Positions 22,478-26,619 of a stretch of DNA of 26,619 bases are shown here, piece by piece. Source of the stretch: Tubiluchus corallicola (taxonomy: Eukaryota; Animalia; Priapulida); contig JAQGDQ010001755.1 in the NCBI GenBank assembly GCA_030141605.1, positions 1 through 26,619 of the forward strand. The letters run 5' to 3'. Under the pieces are notes generated by a model. The model was not told the origin of the DNA. It searched no databases and was given only the letters and a program-made list of their open reading frames with translations. Each line of letters begins with the position of its first letter. Position 1 is the first letter of the stretch. The translations under genes and the position numbers were made by a program.

Positions 22478-24056
22478 CACTGTCACACTCTCAGTGCAGT
22501 GCAGAAGTCGTGATCCTCATTTTACTTACTGTCTCACTCTCAGTGCAGTGCAGCAGTCGTGATCCTCATTTTACTTACTGTCTCACTCTCAGTGCAGTGC
22601 AGCAGTCGTGATCCTCATTTTACTTACTGTCTAACTCTCAGTGCAGTGCAGCAGTCGTGATCCTCATTTTACTTACTGTCTCACTCTCAGTGCAGTGCAG
22701 CAGTCGTGATCCTCATTTTACTTACTGTCTAACTCTCAGTGCAGTGCAGCAGTCGTGATCCTCACTGTCACACTCTCAGTGCAGTGCAGAAGTCGTGATC
22801 CTCATTTTACTTACTGTCTCACTCTCAGTGCAGTGCAGCAGTCGTGATCCTCATTTTACTTACTGTCTCACTCTCAGTGCAGTGCAGCAGTCGTGATCCT
22901 CATTTTAATTACTGTCTAACTCTCAGTGATCAATGCAGTGCAGCAGTCATGCTAGTCGCGCTACACAATTGTCTAACTCTCACTCTCAGGGCAGTGCAGC
23001 AGTCGTGATCCTCATTTTACTTACTGTCACACTCTCAGTGCAGTGCAGCAGTCGTGATCCTCATTTTACTTACTGTCTCACTCTCAGTGCAGTGCAGCAG
23101 TCGTGATCCTCATTTTACTTACTGTCTCACTCTCAGTGCAGTGCAGCAGTCGTGATCCTCATTTTACTTACTGTCTCACTCTCAGTGCAGTGCAGCAGTC
23201 GTGATCCTCATTTTACTTACTGTCTCACTCTCAGTGCAGTGCAGCAGTCGTGATCCTCATTTTACTTACTGTCTAACTCTCAGTGCAGTGCAGCAGTCGT
23301 GATCCTCATTTTACTTACTGTCTCACTCTCAGTGCAGTGCAGCAGTCGTGATCCTCATTTTACTTACTGTCTCACTCTCAGTGCAGTGCAGCAGTCGTGA
23401 TCCTCATTTTACTTACTGTCTCACTCTCAGTGCAGTGCAGCAGTCGTGATCCTCATTTTACTTACTGTCTCACTCTCAGTGCAGTGCAGCAGTCGTGATC
23501 CTCATTTTACTTACTGTCTAACTCTCAGTGCAGTGCAGCAGTCGTGATCCTCATTTTACTTACTGTCTCACTCTCAGTGCAGTGCAGCAGTCGTGATCCT
23601 CATTTTACTTACTGTCTAACTCTCAGTGCAGTGCAGCAGTCGTGATCCTCATTTTACTTACTGTCTAACTCTCAGTGCAGTGCAGCAGTCGTGATCCTCA
23701 TTTTACTTACTGTCACACTCTCAGTCCAGTGCAGCAGTCGTGATCCTCATTTTACTTACTGTCTAACTCTCAGTGCAGTGCAGCAGTCGTGATCCTCATT
23801 TTACTTACTGTCTCACTCTCAGTGCAGTGCAGAAGTCGTGATCCTCATTTTACTTACTGTCTCACTCTCAGTGCAGTGCAGCAGTCGTGATCCTCATTTT
23901 ACTTACTGTCTCACTCTCAGTGCAGTGCAGCAGTCGTGATCCTCATTTTACTTACTGTCTAACTCTCAGTGCAGTGCAGCAGTCGTGATCCTCATTGTAC
24001 TTACTGTCTAACTCTCAGTGCAGTGCAGCAGTCGTGATCCTCATTTTACTTACTGT
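22478..24056 (+). repeat. 49-bp satellite array, about 32 units
   Basis: Unit ACTCTCAGTGCAGTGCAGCAGTCGTGATCCTCATTTTACTTACTGTCT(C/A); restart at 22763; irregular insert near 22921-22990. Confidence 0.98.
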
Positions 24057-24327
24057 TCTACAAAGTGAGTAATCTACAACTTCAAACATGACTTTCACAA
24101 AGCTAAATGTATCTAAAAGGTTGTTATCAAAAAGTTTTTTAGTAATGTTTGTCGTCCAAATTTGATGTTTACTGTACATAGTAAATGAAACAAACAAAGA
24201 ATTAAAACATAATGATGTACTTATCCACACTTCCACAAACATATCAACTTCATAATAATCACAATATTTCCTTTAAAGTCATAATTTTAAGCTGAGTAAA
24301 CGTCACTTCATTTTACAATTTCAGTCA
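23816..24327 (+). repeat. Left inverted arm (part with a visible mirror): last satellite units plus 271 bp non-repetitive inner domain
   Basis: Reverse complement of 26108-26619; paired coordinates sum to 50435. Confidence 0.97.
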
Positions 24328-24472
24328 ATTAGTCAGTAGTCTGTGAGTGAGTGAGTAAGAAGTAATTTTCAAAATTCAATTTCTGCTCACACATATTACC
24401 ACAGTTTATGACACAGTCAAAAATGTCCACTAGTTTCTCTTATTTTGCTTATAATTTTTTTTATTGTATTAG

Positions 24473-24597
24473 TAAGCCCAGTGACATATTTTATGGGAAG
24501 ATGGGTAGATGACATCGTACAAGCAAGTAAAATATACTGGCAACCAGATTTGTATCAAATGGATCCTGTTGTTCCGCCTGTAGAATTTCACGAAACG
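24473..24597 (+). CDS. FAAH: FAAH-like exon (125 nt, phase 1/0) in inverted orientation
   Basis: TTTTTTTTATTGTATTAG|TA AGC... = xSPVTYFMGRWVDDIVQASKIYWQPDLYQMDPVVPPVEFHET|GTAACT; aligns with the FAAH segment MARDV...MF.LDP.VPP.PF.EE that precedes the 22131 exon. Confidence 0.88.
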
Positions 24598-24620
24598 GTA
24601 ACTAAGTTTGCTATGTAGTA

Positions 24621-25007
24621 AGCCTTATCACGGTTCCAACGATTGATGCTGATCATGAAAAGGTCAAAGGTTAAGTGTATCAGACAATGTATTTGTGTAC
24701 ACTTGACAACGCCTCGCAGCCCATGCTGTTGTATTAGTAACAGGTCTAACACTTAGCTAGAACCTTACCTAGTTCATTTTTTCTTGTTTCTAAGCAAGAT
24801 CCTGCTAGTAAATCACCATATGCACAGACTATGGCGTAGTTAAGTGAAGTCCAGGTAAATCAACTGAAGTTACTGAACTGATGCGTCAGACAGCTTTCTT
24901 TTACTCACGTGACACGTGACGGTCGTAGTTAAGACGCGTTGCTGTGGTACACTTAACCCTTGACCTGCAGAAACTGCGCGTGCGCACAACGAAACTGTGG
25001 AAAGGCT
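24621..25007 (+). mobile_element. MITE family A, full-length, TA-flanked
   Basis: TA|AGCCTTATCACGGTT ... AACTGTGGAAAGGCT|TA; imperfect 15-bp TIRs. Confidence 0.82.
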
Positions 25008-25349
25008 TATTGAAAGCCTTTATTATTCATTATTCATTACATTCATTATTCATGGCCCATTATTCATTACACCTATTAATTTGACTGATATTTGATTATG
25101 TTACATTAGAACAAGTTACTATAGTGATAGTGTGAACTGAAATTTTCTTGAACTTAACTGTAACTTCAGTTAAACTAATTTAACTCAGTGTTATTGTTTT
25201 AAGTAATACGAGTATATAAGGAAACTGTTTTCTCTGGCTTATCATTGCAGTGCAGGAGAAATGATAGTCAATCTTATTATCCCTTATTATGATGTGTAGC
25301 TAAGCAAACGTTCATCTTCTTTAAAATCGCGACTTGAAATGTGCGTTAA

Positions 25350-25808
25350 CCCTTTCAGTCCCAAATTATTTTTTAATAAGAAAACATTTTTTGGCCTGGT
25401 ATTTTTGTTCAGTATGTCCATCTTGTTTACACATAATAATTATTTTTTTCTACCTGTGCCCGCGTGCTAAATATAGCCTGTATCCCACGGGATACATTGG
25501 GATTCAATGGAAGCATAAAATGTGCTTCATTTTGCAACTCCTGATAATTTTTTAAAGTATTTAAGACATTCAGTATCCATGCTATGCTGATCTGTACAAA
25601 GTCGTCTCTAAAGTACTGTACCTTGCACAGTTTTTTATGCTATGTAGATTTTCTAGTTTGCCATTTTATCACTATTTTTAGTCTATTGTTATTGGCTTAA
25701 ATCAAAATAACTATTAGCAGATCAAATAACTGTCAGTTTTAAAATTTTATTAATTTTAAAGGCAGAAAATATTCTCGTATCCCACGGGATACAATGGGTA
25801 TGAAAGGG
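25350..25808. mobile_element. piggyBac-like MITE
   Basis: TTAA|CCCTTTCAGTCCCA ... TGGGTATGAAAGGG|TTAC; internal palindromic repeat GTATCCCACGGGATAC near 25480 and 25778. Confidence 0.75.
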
Positions 25809-26107
25809 TTACCTGTCGGAAGTACTTACGTAAGTACGTATGCAAAGAGAAAACAAGATTCGTCGCCTCGTTAGTTACTTAATGTGTGTTGAACGAAATG
25901 AATGAATTAGTCCTGGTATAAAATCCAAGGCAACAATTAAGAAACCGGAAGAAATCTGATGATGAAGAAACAGTATAGGCTTCTATAGGGAATAATGTTA
26001 TTTCCCCGATGTAGTAATGGTTTCGATAACGCAGTAAAGATAAGATAACCCAGTAAAAGGGAAGGGGCATAGCTTTTCCGCGCTATAAGGAACAAGGTTC
26101 CTAGAAA

Positions 26108-26619
26108 TGACTGAAATTGTAAAATGAAGTGACGTTTACTCAGCTTAAAATTATGACTTTAAAGGAAATATTGTGATTATTATGAAGTTGATATGTTTGT
26201 GGAAGTGTGGATAAGTACATCATTATGTTTTAATTCTTTGTTTGTTTCATTTACTATGTACAGTAAACATCAAATTTGGACGACAAACATTACTAAAAAA
26301 CTTTTTGATAACAACCTTTTAGATACATTTAGCTTTGTGAAAGTCATGTTTGAAGTTGTAGATTACTCACTTTGTAGAACAGTAAGTAAAATGAGGATCA
26401 CGACTGCTGCACTGCACTGAGAGTTAGACAGTAAGTACAATGAGGATCACGACTGCTGCACTGCACTGAGAGTTAGACAGTAAGTAAAATGAGGATCACG
26501 ACTGCTGCACTGCACTGAGAGTGAGACAGTAAGTAAAATGAGGATCACGACTGCTGCACTGCACTGAGAGTGAGACAGTAAGTAAAATGAGGATCACGAC
26601 TTCTGCACTGCACTGAGAG
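26108..26619 (-). repeat. Right inverted arm: inner domain plus 49-bp satellite, runs off the window
   Basis: Mirror of 23816-24327, including unit-specific variants (CATTGTAC/GTACAATG, GCAGAAG/CTTCTGC, the TCTA/TCTC order). Confidence 0.97.

Noticed and set aside
22478-24056. 49-bp array as a CRISPR-like array
   Set aside because: Units are head-to-tail with no unique spacers, and the context is eukaryotic with no cas genes.
24015-26420. Two identical 75-aa ORFs (24015-24242 minus, 26193-26420 plus)
   Set aside because: By-products of the inverted arms; they end within the satellite and show no recognisable protein features.

Overview
AT-rich, repeat-dense, intron-containing eukaryotic DNA from an invertebrate animal (a lophotrochozoan is my guess, unproven). 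Three genes can be reconstructed by hand. (1) A two-exon LRR type-I membrane protein on the minus strand (4766-2797, 352 aa), bracketed by a ~1.2 kb direct duplication. (2) The 3' half of a fatty-acid amide hydrolase (FAAH)-like amidase gene on the minus strand, with seven in-phase exons from 22131 down to 7584. (3) A two-exon GnRH/corazonin-like neuropeptide precursor on the plus strand (17643-19336), nested antisense inside a FAAH intron and itself carrying a full-length 5S-rRNA-headed SINE with an 11-bp TSD. The most striking observation: the next expected upstream FAAH exon (125 nt, correct phases, intact splice sites) is present at 24473-24597 but on the OPPOSITE strand, inside a 1.78 kb spacer between two apparently identical inverted arms built from a 49-bp satellite. 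This could be an invertible exon cassette, a captured exon, a trans-splicing arrangement, or an assembly flip. The remainder is MITEs, LINE and LTR relics, a tRNA-Asp pseudogene and micro/minisatellites. All coordinates and alignments were done by eye.
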